Shown here: piece after piece, positions 9,588-19,181 of the stretch | How the letters are laid out: every line of letters begins with the position of its first letter | Position numbering within the stretch: position 1 is the stretch's first letter | Source: Bradymonadia bacterium | Lineage (GTDB): Bacteria; Myxococcota_A; Bradymonadia; UBA7976; UBA1532 | Assembly (NCBI GenBank): GCA_049889275.1 | Contig: JBMHDS010000129.1 | Location: 28,751-92,750, forward strand | Length of the DNA: 64,000 nt | Direction: 5' to 3' | Notes under the pieces: generated by a model | The model's input: only the letters and a program-made list of their open reading frames with translations | What the model was told of the DNA's origin: nothing | The model's database searches: none | Translations under genes and position numbers: made by a program

Positions 9588-10868
9588 CTAGAGCCCACTC
9601 TCGCAAATCGCATACGTCTTAAGCAACCTCCGAAATGCCTGACGGGCTTGCCGGCGGGCCTCGCGGAATGCAGCAGACAGTTCTTCAATGTCTCTCTTGA
9701 CCGCGACGGTGCGCTCCGAGCGAGGCATCTTCCTGGCCCGACGGCGTTTCGCGAGCAGCGCTGTGCGCCGCGATTTCAGCTCGAGCAGCGCGGACTCGAG
9801 CTGGCCCTCAGCCTCTTCAAAACGACGGACGAGATAGCTGCGCAAGAGCTCTATGCGCTCACTAACTCGTGTCTGATCGTGATTCGCGTCTTTGAGCAGC
9901 TTAAAACGTTGCGCCAGGAGTGAGGGTCCTTCTCTAAACGTGGCCGCCCAGTCTTCAAAGCTCCGTCCAGGCCGGCTCGCAAGACGCGTCAATAGACGCT
10001 CCTTTTCAAACTTCGACCGAGACCGCATCAAGGCTTCATCGGGCGTTCTCTGCAAATCCCAAACAAGACGCATGTGCGAGAGCGACCAGATCAGCCATTT
10101 GCTCGGGTCATAATTATACCATTTGGGACCGTTTCGATAATCATACTGATAGGCGTGATGGTAATTGTGATAGCCCTCACCGAACGAGAGGATGCTGAGA
10201 AACCAATTGTCTCGTGCGGTGTTTCCCTTAGACCAAGGCTGTCGACCCCACATGTGTGCCAACGAGTTGATCGTGAATGTGAAGTGGTGCACGAGCACCA
10301 CCCGGACCAGGCCGGCAAACAAGAGCATGCCACCAATTCGGCCAGTCCAGATTCCAAGAGCAAGGGGTATGAGCACATTGAAGCCGATCGCGATGGGCCA
10401 ATAAAACCGATGCTGAAAGCGGCAGATGGGGTCAGCCCACAGATCCGGTACATTCGGATAGCTCGGGTCGCGGCGACCGCCGATGAAGATCCAGCCGATG
10501 TGGCTGTACCAGAAACCACGATTTGCGTCATAAGGGTCGCGGTCGGTATCGACAAATTTGTGATGAATTCGATGATCAGAGCACCACGCGATGATGCTGT
10601 TCTGACACGCGGCAGCCCCAATGATCGCGAAGAATAAACGAACAGGCCAAGACCCCTTGTAACTCCGATGGGAGAAGAGCCGATGGTAGCCTGCCGTGAT
10701 GCCCAACCCCGTGAGGAACCAGAGTCCGACACACGCCCAAACTTCGCTGGGGCGAATGCCGTGCTCTAGGATGTAGATGGGCGTCACAACGAGCGCTGCG
10801 AGAGGCGTGAGTGTTAAAAAAGCGACATTGAGCCATAAAATCTCTGGCCGCTCGGTCTGAGTGTTCAT
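9588..10868 (-). CDS. acyl-CoA delta-9 (stearoyl-CoA type) fatty acid desaturase with ~130-aa Arg-rich coiled-coil C-terminal extension
   Basis: Three His boxes: 'HRLFSHRSYK', 'HRIHHKFVDTDRDPY', 'HNYHHAYQYDYRNG'. Four TM segments. The extra C-terminal tail is 'ELLRSYLVRRFEEAEGQLESALLELKSRRTALLAKRRRARK...'. Confidence 0.85.
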   Translation of the reverse strand: MNTQTERPEILWLNVAFLTLTPLAALVVTPIYILEHGIRPSEVWACVGLWFLTGLGITAGYHRLFSHRSYKGSWPVRLFFAIIGAAACQNSIIAWCSDHRIHHKFVDTDRDPYDANRGFWYSHIGWIFIGGRRDPSYPNVPDLWADPICRFQHRFYWPIAIGFNVLIPLALGIWTGRIGGMLLFAGLVRVVLVHHFTFTINSLAHMWGRQPWSKGNTARDNWFLSILSFGEGYHNYHHAYQYDYRNGPKWYNYDPSKWLIWSLSHMRLVWDLQRTPDEALMRSRSKFEKERLLTRLASRPGRSFEDWAATFREGPSLLAQRFKLLKDANHDQTRVSERIELLRSYLVRRFEEAEGQLESALLELKSRRTALLAKRRRARKMPRSERTVAVKRDIEELSAAFREARRQARQAFRRLLKTYAICESGL

Positions 10869-11077
10869 GGGTGTACCTCCAATGCGCAGAGTGTGCCACT
10901 AGGCCGCCGACAAATAAAACAAATCTTAAGGGTATCGAAAGCCATGTGGATACCGACGCAGGCCGGCCCGCCAAAGAGAGATGTGTGAGAAGCGGGTGTT
11001 GGTGTCACACCGGATTTATTTTGCATCGATCAGGGGTGACACCGGGGATAGGGAATCGTTCAGCGAATGCGTCCGAT

Positions 11078-12037
11078 TTATTTCTTAGCCGGTGCCGCCG
11101 GCTTGGCTGGCGCAGCAGCTTTGGGTGCTGCTGGCTTTGCCGCTGGCTTACCCATCGGCGCAGGGCCAGCAGATGGCTTGCCAATGCTCGGCCGTAACTT
11201 CTCCGCGCACTTTTGCAGCTTCGTTCGAACCGGCTCCATCTTTGCGATCTGCTCGGTGGTCGGTGCGACTGTTGGTGGCTTGACCTTGCGAAGACCGATC
11301 ATAGACATCTGGAAGCATGTCATATCTTTACATCCACATGCCTTATCCGCTGCCTCTTGGAACGCTGCAAACCACGCTGTGAAGCGCTTGGCGTTTTCTT
11401 CTGGTGTCGGCGCCTTCTCAATCTCGAGGAGTTCAACGTCAAAGACGAGCGTGCCGGCAGGTGCGCCTGGCCGTGCAGGCTTGTCGCCGTAGGCGAGGTT
11501 ACCTGGGATCCAAAAACGTCGTTTCTCGCCGACGACCATCAGCGCAACACCCTCGGTCCATCCCTTGATCACGCCGTTGAGTGGGAAGGTGGCTGGCGTA
11601 CCGCGTGCCACAGAGCTGTCGAACATCTTCCCGTCCGTTGTCCAACCGGTGTAGTGTACCTTGACCGTGTCGGTCTTACCGGGCTTCGCCTTGCCCGTAC
11701 CTGGCGTGAGCACCTTCCAGGCGAGACCCGATGCGCTCTTCTCCGCGTCAGCCGGTGCTGCTTTGACGTCGGCAGGTGCAGGAATCGCTTTGGGCTTTGG
11801 CGGCATTCCAGGAATCGCCTTCGCTGGTTTGGCGTCGGCGGGTTTCGCAGCCTTGGTGTCGGTAGCCGCCGTGGTTTTCTTTTCAGTCGTCTTTGCAGCC
11901 TTCTTGTCCGAAGCGGTCTCAGCAGCCTTCGCGGGTGCTTCGGGCTTCTTCTCAGCTTCTGGTTTCTTGGCGCAACCAAGTGCGAACACGAGGGTGATTG
12001 ATGCGAGTAAGATTGACTTCATATCGTTGAACTCCAC
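11078..12037 (-). CDS. FKBP-type peptidyl-prolyl cis-trans isomerase lipoprotein with K/A/P-rich low-complexity flanks
   Basis: FKBP core 'VKVHYTGWTTDGKMFDSSV...FPLNGVIKGWTEGVALMVVGEKRRFWIPGNLAYGDKPARPGAPAGTLVFDVELLEIE'. Lipobox 'LVFALGC'. AKP repeats at both ends. Confidence 0.8.
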   Translation of the reverse strand: MEFNDMKSILLASITLVFALGCAKKPEAEKKPEAPAKAAETASDKKAAKTTEKKTTAATDTKAAKPADAKPAKAIPGMPPKPKAIPAPADVKAAPADAEKSASGLAWKVLTPGTGKAKPGKTDTVKVHYTGWTTDGKMFDSSVARGTPATFPLNGVIKGWTEGVALMVVGEKRRFWIPGNLAYGDKPARPGAPAGTLVFDVELLEIEKAPTPEENAKRFTAWFAAFQEAADKACGCKDMTCFQMSMIGLRKVKPPTVAPTTEQIAKMEPVRTKLQKCAEKLRPSIGKPSAGPAPMGKPAAKPAAPKAAAPAKPAAPAKK

Positions 12038-12165
12038 GCACAGAGCTTAGTCGCTGGAGCAAACACCGCTCAAGCTGCCAAAAAGTGCGTATGTAAATTG
12101 GCCCGTTATAACGGCGCCTGGTTGGAATTAGGTCAGGTCTTTCACCACTGACAGAAGAAATACGG

Positions 12166-12185
12166 ACTGCCTCGGGCAGTTTTTC
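12166..12185 (+). terminator. terminator-like hairpin (ACTGCC-tcg-GGCAGT followed by TTTT) in intergenic DNA between two minus-strand genes
   Basis: 6-bp GC-rich stem, 3-nt loop, T4 run on the plus strand. The flanking genes are on the minus strand, so its function is uncertain (weak or bidirectional). Confidence 0.25.
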
Positions 12186-12277
12186 GGACATCCTATACAA
12201 CTGCTTTGGCTCAGACACAAGCAGACCAGACCACAAAGCCGATTCAACCTCTGTTCGGTCAGCCGTGGGATGAACGG

Positions 12278-13423
12278 CTACCGAATCGCGCCCTGTGCCC
12301 TCAACTGCTCGATCTCATCGTCAGAGATCCCGAGGGATTTCAGCGTAGCGGTTGTGCTTTCCGTGGTTTGGCTGGCGGATGATTTTAGCGTCACAGGCGT
12401 CTTGCTAAAGCGCGGCGCGGGCGCCGGCTGCACGACCCCATCGACTTCAACAAAAGTACCGCGGGCACGATTATGTGGATGGTGAGGCGCTTCCGTCAGC
12501 GACAGTACGGGATAGACACAAGCATCTCGATGTTCGAAAATCGCACGCCACTCGGCACTGGTCTTTTGTTTAAAACAATCCTCGAAGCGCGCCTGAAGAT
12601 CAGGCCAACGGGTCTGGTCGTACTGAGAAGGGAGCGTTTCATGCGTGAGGCCGAGGCCGTCGAGGAGCTGAAGATAAAACTTGGGTTCGATAGCGCCGAC
12701 CGACATATACTTTCCGTCGCTGGTCTCGTAGCACCGATAGAACGGTGCGCCACCATCGAGGAGGTTTGACTCGCGCTTGTCCTGCCACATGCCCGAGGCC
12801 GAGAGTCCGTGAAACATGGTCGTGAGCAGCGCCGTGCCGTCGGTCATGGCCGCGTCGATCACTTGCCCTTCACCGGTGGCGCGTGCATGAACGATGGCGG
12901 CTAAGATACCTACAGCGAGCAACATGCCGCCACCACCAAAGTCGGCAACAAAATTCAGCGGAACGCTCGGCGGACCTGCAGCGGGTCCGATGGGTTCGAG
13001 GGCACCGGCGAGCGCGATGTAGTTGATGTCGTGGCCGGCTCGCTCAGCGACGGGGCCTGTCTGCCCCCACCCCGTGATACGACCGTATACGAGCGCCGGA
13101 TTAATCTCGTGGCATACATCGGGGCCGAGACCGAGTCGTTCGATCACGCCGGGTCGGAAGCCCTCGATGAACACGTCGGCGTCCTCCACCAGCTTTTTGA
13201 CCAGTGTCACGCCCGCAGCGGACTTTAAGTTTACGGCGAGATTCTTACGCCCGCGATTCAATAAATCCATGGGCACAGTCATCGCACCATTCAGACGCTC
13301 GATGCGCGTGACATCTGCACCTAAGTCAGCGAGCATCATCCCGCAAAAGGGTCCTGGTCCGAGACCTGCGATTTCAATGACCTTAAGCCCTGTGAGTGGC
13401 CCCGACATACCTAACCTCCCCAA
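12278..13423 (-). CDS. family III CoA-transferase (CaiB/BaiF / alpha-methylacyl-CoA racemase family)
   Basis: N-terminus 'LTGLKVIEIAGLGPGPFCGMMLADLGADVTRIERLNG' is the hallmark of family III CoA-transferases. Full-length 381 aa. Confidence 0.85.
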   Translation of the reverse strand: MGRLGMSGPLTGLKVIEIAGLGPGPFCGMMLADLGADVTRIERLNGAMTVPMDLLNRGRKNLAVNLKSAAGVTLVKKLVEDADVFIEGFRPGVIERLGLGPDVCHEINPALVYGRITGWGQTGPVAERAGHDINYIALAGALEPIGPAAGPPSVPLNFVADFGGGGMLLAVGILAAIVHARATGEGQVIDAAMTDGTALLTTMFHGLSASGMWQDKRESNLLDGGAPFYRCYETSDGKYMSVGAIEPKFYLQLLDGLGLTHETLPSQYDQTRWPDLQARFEDCFKQKTSAEWRAIFEHRDACVYPVLSLTEAPHHPHNRARGTFVEVDGVVQPAPAPRFSKTPVTLKSSASQTTESTTATLKSLGISDDEIEQLRAQGAIR

Positions 13424-13432
13424 TCGCCCGAC

Positions 13433-14248
13433 CTAGTTTCCGCTGCAACACGCCACAGGGTGTGATTCGCCGGCAACCCGATTCACTGAGAATGCACCGT
13501 TGGCGCTCACACCGAGATGGCGGCCGGCCCCCTGCCAGCCGCGGCATGTAAAATGGTCCGGACTCGCGAACAGTCCTGAACGGTCAAAGGCATAGACGTT
13601 GCCATCTGGGCGGACTGAAAAATCAACGAAAGATGGTAAGATCCAACCGTCGCGCATGTGCACCGGTGGCTCGACCGCTTCAATATAGTCGGTCGACGTG
13701 CAAGGTACACTCCCCTCAAAAGAATCTCGGCAAGCACTCTGAAGAGCGCGCACGCCATCCCCGCAGCCAACGCTCGCATCGCTCATCCCTAAGAATAAGC
13801 GAACGTTGCCGCCTCCATTCCCCGCAGGTCCCGGAGGACCCGCTGGTCCTTGTGGTCCAGCCGCGCCGGCCGGCCCTTGAGGCCCCGCTGGCCCTTGTGG
13901 GCCCTGAATGCCCTGCGGCCCTGCTGCACCTGCTGGTCCCGCCGCACCGGCTGGTCCCGCTGCACCGGCAGGACCTGGCGGACCGGCAGGACCTGGCACA
14001 CCGCCGTTTCCAACCTGACCAACTCCGCTATCGCGCGCTGTGCTGTTTTCACGCTGGTCGTCACCGTCACTCAACGGCGCGGTCATCAACATGTCTCGAC
14101 GAAGATAGTCGCCCTGATTGGTGCTCGACGCCGGACTCGAGTCGTTACAGCCATAGGCTGACACGAAGAATAGGGCGCAAATAGACCAGCGGGCGCCCAC
14201 GGGCGATGCGCAAAGTGTAAGCCTGAACACGAATTTGGGTCCTTCCAC
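13433..14248 (-). CDS. collagen-like triple-helix repeat lipoprotein with unassigned Cys-containing C-terminal domain
   Basis: About 26 uninterrupted G-X-Y triplets ('[58 protein letters not shown]'). Lipobox 'FVSAYGC'. The C-terminal ~130 aa contain 6 Cys and no recognisable family. Confidence 0.65.
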   Translation of the reverse strand: MEGPKFVFRLTLCASPVGARWSICALFFVSAYGCNDSSPASSTNQGDYLRRDMLMTAPLSDGDDQRENSTARDSGVGQVGNGGVPGPAGPPGPAGAAGPAGAAGPAGAAGPQGIQGPQGPAGPQGPAGAAGPQGPAGPPGPAGNGGGNVRLFLGMSDASVGCGDGVRALQSACRDSFEGSVPCTSTDYIEAVEPPVHMRDGWILPSFVDFSVRPDGNVYAFDRSGLFASPDHFTCRGWQGAGRHLGVSANGAFSVNRVAGESHPVACCSGN

Positions 14249-14438
14249 TTGTGTTGGCGGTCTTTTTCATTACCGTATAAAGTCTTGGCCGGCGTTGCAA
14301 TCAACCGCAGAGTTGTGCCGACAACGAGGCGATAAGAACGGGAATGGTGCGGCGGTGACAGAGCGCCTGCACGGTGGGAGACGAGGTTTGACTGAGCGTA
14401 ACGACGATTATCAATACCGAGAACGGCAGATAGACAAC

Positions 14439-15539
14439 ATGGCCGATCGCGCGCTGCTCCCGGGTACGGGCCGCATTAGCGGATACGCGAGTTGTTTCCT
14501 CGGCATCATCAGCTTTTTTGGCGCGCTGTGCTTCAAGTACCCTGAATACTTGACCACGAGAGAGCTGCGCGAAGTATACAATCCATACGTGCTACAAGAC
14601 GTACTCAAGTGGGCGATGTGGACCGCGTTGGCGCTGGGTGTTTATACCTTCATTCAGGGTAGACGTCGACGCTTGGGCGCCATCGGTATCGGTGGCACGC
14701 TGCTCGCCTTTGCGTTAGGAGGCTATACCATCTCGCCCAGAGCCGTAACACCAACGGAAGTCTCGCTCGGGCTCGACTGGTTTGTGCTCGACCTGATGAT
14801 CTCGGCTGCCGTTTTTGTGTGCATTGAAAAAATCTGGCCCAAATACAAAGAGCAGGCCGTACTGCGCCCGGAATGGCGAACAGACCTCATCTATTTCGGG
14901 GTGAACCATCTGTTGATCGCGATTCTCCTGTTGGCCGCTAATGGATTTGCACCGAAGTTTTTCAGCTGGGCCATCAACAGTGATGTGCGGGGTTTCATGC
15001 ACAGCATGCCCATCTGGGGGCAAGCCCTGGTGATGGCCCTCTGTGCCGACTTTGTGCTCTACTGGTCGCACCGATTTTTTCACGAAGTGCCTGCCCTGTG
15101 GAAGTTCCATGCGGTGCATCACTGTACAGAGCACATGGATTGGCTGGCGGGCTCCCGTAATCACCCCGTCCAGATGTTTGTCGATCGCTGCGCTGCGATG
15201 GTCCCCCTCTACCTGCTCGGCGGCCAAAAAGAAGCCCTCGACCTCTATGTAACGCTGGCCGCTTTTCAGGCGGTTTTTGTGCACGCAAACGTGGGCATTC
15301 CCTTCGGCCCGCTCAAGTATGTGATCGCGACCCCACAGTTCCATCACTGGCATCACAGCTCCGAGAAACCAGCCATCGACACGAACTACGCGGTGCACTT
15401 CCCGCTCTTCGACTACCTCTTTGGTACAGCCCATATGCCGGACGAAAACTGGCCTGCAGAGTATGGCACAACCAAACGCTTACCCCGCACGTTCTGGCCC
15501 CAACTGCTCTATCCATTTCGTAAGTCAGAGCCTGAGTAA
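14439..15539 (+). CDS. fatty acid hydroxylase superfamily membrane protein (sterol desaturase-like)
   Basis: His boxes 'HRFFHEVPALWKFHAVHH' and 'HHWHHSSE'. Multiple TM helices. Start at the ATG ('MADRALLPG') rather than the track start at 14235, which overlaps the divergent gene. Confidence 0.75.
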   Translation: MADRALLPGTGRISGYASCFLGIISFFGALCFKYPEYLTTRELREVYNPYVLQDVLKWAMWTALALGVYTFIQGRRRRLGAIGIGGTLLAFALGGYTISPRAVTPTEVSLGLDWFVLDLMISAAVFVCIEKIWPKYKEQAVLRPEWRTDLIYFGVNHLLIAILLLAANGFAPKFFSWAINSDVRGFMHSMPIWGQALVMALCADFVLYWSHRFFHEVPALWKFHAVHHCTEHMDWLAGSRNHPVQMFVDRCAAMVPLYLLGGQKEALDLYVTLAAFQAVFVHANVGIPFGPLKYVIATPQFHHWHHSSEKPAIDTNYAVHFPLFDYLFGTAHMPDENWPAEYGTTKRLPRTFWPQLLYPFRKSEPE

Positions 15540-15743
15540 GGCGACGACGTTAAGCCTTTAGAAGGGCCTCACTCAAGACGCACCGTCAGGCCCGGGCCGA
15601 CCAGCCCATACCAGCGAATATCACAGCCACACAACGCGACAACCAAAAGGTTGCGGAACCCCAACTGGGCAAAAACGCGAGCGCGTTGAATGCGAACTCG
15701 CCCCTGTGCAAGAATGCAATGAACGTTCAAATGGGGGTCGGCC

Positions 15744-17219
15744 ATGCGCATTGGATTGTTAATCGTAGCGTGCCTGATATCGACGCAGGTGAGTGCGCGC
15801 ACAGTGCTCCAAAATGATTCCGTTGTGGCAGGGGCGGAGATCGCGTTTTATCCCAACATGCGGGGCGGCGAATCCTTCGTCTCCATTTTTGATGTGCCAG
15901 CCGAATATGAGAACTATCAGGTCTGCAGAATCTTGCTTTGGATTGGGCCTGCAGGCTTCAACATTTTCACTTTCCGACTGGCCGAAGCAGACGAAAACGG
16001 TAATGAAGCGCAGTTGATTTGGCAGAGTGATCTGGATGCCTATCAGGTTTTTGGCAGCCGTGAACAGCTCAGCAGCGTCGATTTGGCTGCCCTTGGCATT
16101 CGAACCAATGTCAGACGCCTCAGGATCAGGGGAAGGCACGTCGACGGTCAAGGCGCCCCCCCCGGGATCGCGTCCGACACCGACGGGATCACACCCGGCC
16201 GAAACCGTTTACGAATGCTCATGCGGAACGGCGGTTGGTTCAGCGATTTTACAGAAATCCTCGAGGAAAACGGAACACCGCAGCGCCCGCCAGGAGACTG
16301 GATCTTCCGTCTTGAAATCGCTCATTTAGATGAAGCTTGCCCGAACGGCGAAGCGGTCTTACCCGATATGTCGATGCCGCCTCCAGTCCGCGACGCGGCC
16401 GTATCGATGGACGCACAGACTCAAGAACTCGACGCCGGGCTCGCGCCCCCCGATGTAAGCGTTGACGCGGGCGTTGATGCGACACCGATGACCGACACAC
16501 GCCCATCTGTACCGGATGAGGGGTTCGTTGAAGATGCACAGACCATGCGAGCCGATCGCGCGTTCAACGCGCTCGACCCTCTCGAACTCACACGCGTCTC
16601 TCCCGGTGTTGGCCCGCGAGACCGAAACACAGAAGTCGTGATCAATGGACGCGGCTTCCCGGTGGACGAGCCGCCGTTCATTGAACTCGACTCAACGCGC
16701 CTGCTCGAGGTGGACGTTTTGTCAGGCTCGACGATTACAGCGGTCGTCCCCGCGGGGATGGATGAAGGCCTCCACGACCTACGGCTGACTCGTTATGACG
16801 GTCAAGTCGCGCTGTTGCCAAATGCGTTCGAGGTCACGGGCGCAGCACTACAGGTCACAGCGGTCTCGCCGCGTGAAGTCCCGCAATATACCCCCGCGGA
16901 CATCAGTATTCAGGGCCGTGGTTTTGCACCTGAGACCGAGTTTTCAATCGGCGGCGTCGGTTTGCAAAACGTGACCATCGAATCCTCCGAGGTGGCTCGA
17001 GGGACCTTGTCGGCAAGCTTGCCACCCGGTACGTACGACCTTGTGGCCACGAACGAGACCGATAATGCGCGCTTGCTCGACGCCATTACGGTGCTCGACA
17101 ATGGCGGCGCGCGCGGCGCCGATAGCGGTGGCTGTGTACAAGTACCAAAAGACCACCAAAGCCCACTCTACGGCCTCGTTTTGGTGGCGGTTCTCATGAT
17201 GGTGAGGCGGCGGCGTTGA
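15744..17219 (+). CDS. secreted IPT/TIG-domain protein with MYXO-CTERM-like C-terminal sorting signal
   Basis: Signal peptide 'LLIVACLISTQVSA'. Two IPT/TIG-like beta-sandwich units ('VSPGVGPRDRNTEVVINGRGF...', 'VSPREVPQYTPADISIQGRGF...'). C-terminus 'GGCVQ...LYGLVLVAVLMMVRRRR'. Confidence 0.65.
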   Translation: MRIGLLIVACLISTQVSARTVLQNDSVVAGAEIAFYPNMRGGESFVSIFDVPAEYENYQVCRILLWIGPAGFNIFTFRLAEADENGNEAQLIWQSDLDAYQVFGSREQLSSVDLAALGIRTNVRRLRIRGRHVDGQGAPPGIASDTDGITPGRNRLRMLMRNGGWFSDFTEILEENGTPQRPPGDWIFRLEIAHLDEACPNGEAVLPDMSMPPPVRDAAVSMDAQTQELDAGLAPPDVSVDAGVDATPMTDTRPSVPDEGFVEDAQTMRADRAFNALDPLELTRVSPGVGPRDRNTEVVINGRGFPVDEPPFIELDSTRLLEVDVLSGSTITAVVPAGMDEGLHDLRLTRYDGQVALLPNAFEVTGAALQVTAVSPREVPQYTPADISIQGRGFAPETEFSIGGVGLQNVTIESSEVARGTLSASLPPGTYDLVATNETDNARLLDAITVLDNGGARGADSGGCVQVPKDHQSPLYGLVLVAVLMMVRRRR

Positions 17220-19174
17220 GACGCCTCGGCTTGCTACTCTGTCTTCCGTTGTTGGGTTGTGACGACTCAGCGATCGGATCTCGAAGCGCCCAAGACAGCA
17301 CAGCGTCGATGGATTTCAGCCGAGACGGTGGCGACATCGCCACGGACGCGAGCATAACCAGTGCTCGGGTTTTCTTTGTGGCACCCGCCGCTGAAGATGG
17401 GGCTGACGGTAGTCGACACCGTCCCTTCGGCGACGTCCTTAGCGCATATGCACAGACAACGAACGGCGACATCGTGCTCCTTTTGCCTGGCCGCTACGGC
17501 AAGGTCACGCCACCGCCAGACGGGGTTTTTCTGCAAGGCAGCGGCGCAGGGGCGACGTATATCGAAGGCCCACTTGTGTTCACTAAACAGAGTCAGGGTC
17601 TGCGTGAAGTCACCGTCACCGGCGGCGAGGTGGCAATCACTGTGTCTGGTACTGCGGTCATTGAAGATGTGGTCATAGAGAATGCTCAAACGGCCATCGT
17701 TGTGAACGGTGAGCTGACCGCTGATCGCCTCACGGTCACCCGTATCGATGGACCGGACCAAAATGCCCGCAGTTATAGTGGCCCACGGCCAGCCGAAGGG
17801 TCTGCGATTCGCGTCGAGGCACCCGGTCGGTTGGAGATGACTGCAAGCCGGCTCGGCACTCTCGGTTGGACCGGCTTGACCATCCGCGGGCGGGCGCAGC
17901 TGAGTCAGGTCAGCATCGGTACAACCGGAGGGCCAGCGGTCGTGCTTGATGCAGGTGAACTCGCGCTCACCAACACTCGATTTGATACTGTGGCCAATGC
18001 AGCGATACTTATGCTGGACGGTACCTTGAGCGGTGAGACAGTTACGGTTGAAGACGTTCAGGAAACGATGGGCTTCCCGTTGCGATGTGGTCTGGCCATG
18101 TACGGCGGCAAAGCGGATATCACCCGAATGACGATGACCGGTATTAATCGCGGAATTCGTTTGAGCGCTGGCGCTGACCTCGAGGTGCGGAACGTTCATG
18201 TGATGAATCCCCGGATCGATGGCATATCCCTCGATGGGGCGCGTCTCAATGGTGGTGACCTTCGGATTGATGAACCCGCCAACACAGGTCTGAGCGCGGT
18301 CGATGGCTCAGAGGTGTCCGCGCGCTCGGTCTCAATCACAGCACCTGGCCGCATCGGGGTGCTCATCGATTCATCAACGTTCGCCTTGGACGGGGTCAAT
18401 GTGACCGACAGCGTCTCTCGGGGCGTCGTGCTGCAATACACGTCCGGCCGTCTGACGGACGTGACCGTTGAAAACGCAGGGAATGTGGGGATTCAATTGA
18501 CGGATGCGAGCGGCCCGCTGACCATAGACGGGGGACGTGTGACCAATAACGCGACGAGCGGCATTGCTGTGACGGGCCGATCGGGTGATGTGCATATTAC
18601 AGGCATCGTAAGCGAGCAAACCCGTGTCGGCGAAGCGGACCTTGCCGAGGGGTTACACATCTATCAGGCGAGCGTGCGCTTATCGAACCTTGTTTCGAGA
18701 CGTAATGGCGGCGCAGGTATCCTCGCGGAGTTCTCCGAACTGGATGCGACGACGCTAGAACTGAGCGATAACTTAGGTCCAGGTACGGTGCTCGTCGATA
18801 CCGGTGAGAACACCCGCTTTCAGACAGTTCAAGCCGAGCGGAACGCCGGGGTCGGTGTCCTCATTCTACAAGGTTTTGCAACACTCGAAGACATGGTCGT
18901 CAGAGACACTCGAACCGTCTTGAGTGCGGGGCCTGGCGACGGCATCAGCGTAGACTTTGGTGGACGCATCAATCTAACCCGCGCTGAGAGCACCGGTAAT
19001 CAGCGCCATGGTGTATCGGTCGGCTCTGGCTCACAGGCAGACTTGAGCGAGGTCACCGCCACATCAAACGCTGGATACGGACTCAACCTCGACTGTGCTC
19101 AGAGCGTCGTCGCCGTCGGCGATGACTGTCGTTTTGAGTCGAACACCAGAGGCGCGCAGCCTTTTTGTCAGTAG
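17216..19174 (+). CDS. right-handed parallel beta-helix repeat lipoprotein (pectate-lyase fold)
   Basis: TTG start overlapping the upstream stop. Lipobox 'LLCLPLLGCDD'. More than 15 repeats of the form 'G..VTGG.VAITVSG', 'N.GIQLTDASG', 'SGIAVTGRSG'. Confidence 0.7.
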   Translation: MRRLGLLLCLPLLGCDDSAIGSRSAQDSTASMDFSRDGGDIATDASITSARVFFVAPAAEDGADGSRHRPFGDVLSAYAQTTNGDIVLLLPGRYGKVTPPPDGVFLQGSGAGATYIEGPLVFTKQSQGLREVTVTGGEVAITVSGTAVIEDVVIENAQTAIVVNGELTADRLTVTRIDGPDQNARSYSGPRPAEGSAIRVEAPGRLEMTASRLGTLGWTGLTIRGRAQLSQVSIGTTGGPAVVLDAGELALTNTRFDTVANAAILMLDGTLSGETVTVEDVQETMGFPLRCGLAMYGGKADITRMTMTGINRGIRLSAGADLEVRNVHVMNPRIDGISLDGARLNGGDLRIDEPANTGLSAVDGSEVSARSVSITAPGRIGVLIDSSTFALDGVNVTDSVSRGVVLQYTSGRLTDVTVENAGNVGIQLTDASGPLTIDGGRVTNNATSGIAVTGRSGDVHITGIVSEQTRVGEADLAEGLHIYQASVRLSNLVSRRNGGAGILAEFSELDATTLELSDNLGPGTVLVDTGENTRFQTVQAERNAGVGVLILQGFATLEDMVVRDTRTVLSAGPGDGISVDFGGRINLTRAESTGNQRHGVSVGSGSQADLSEVTATSNAGYGLNLDCAQSVVAVGDDCRFESNTRGAQPFCQ

Positions 19175-19181
19175 GCCTGAA

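Noticed and set aside
11213-12050. 262-aa and 129-aa plus-strand ORFs antisense to the FKBP gene
   Set aside because: They are produced by the AKP-rich low-complexity coding repeats of the FKBP gene and have no independent support.
15729-15738. Perfect 10-bp palindrome TGAACGTTCA just upstream of the IPT/TIG gene start
   Set aside because: It is only 6 nt from the start codon and inside the RBS window, it is short enough to occur by chance, and no second copy was seen.
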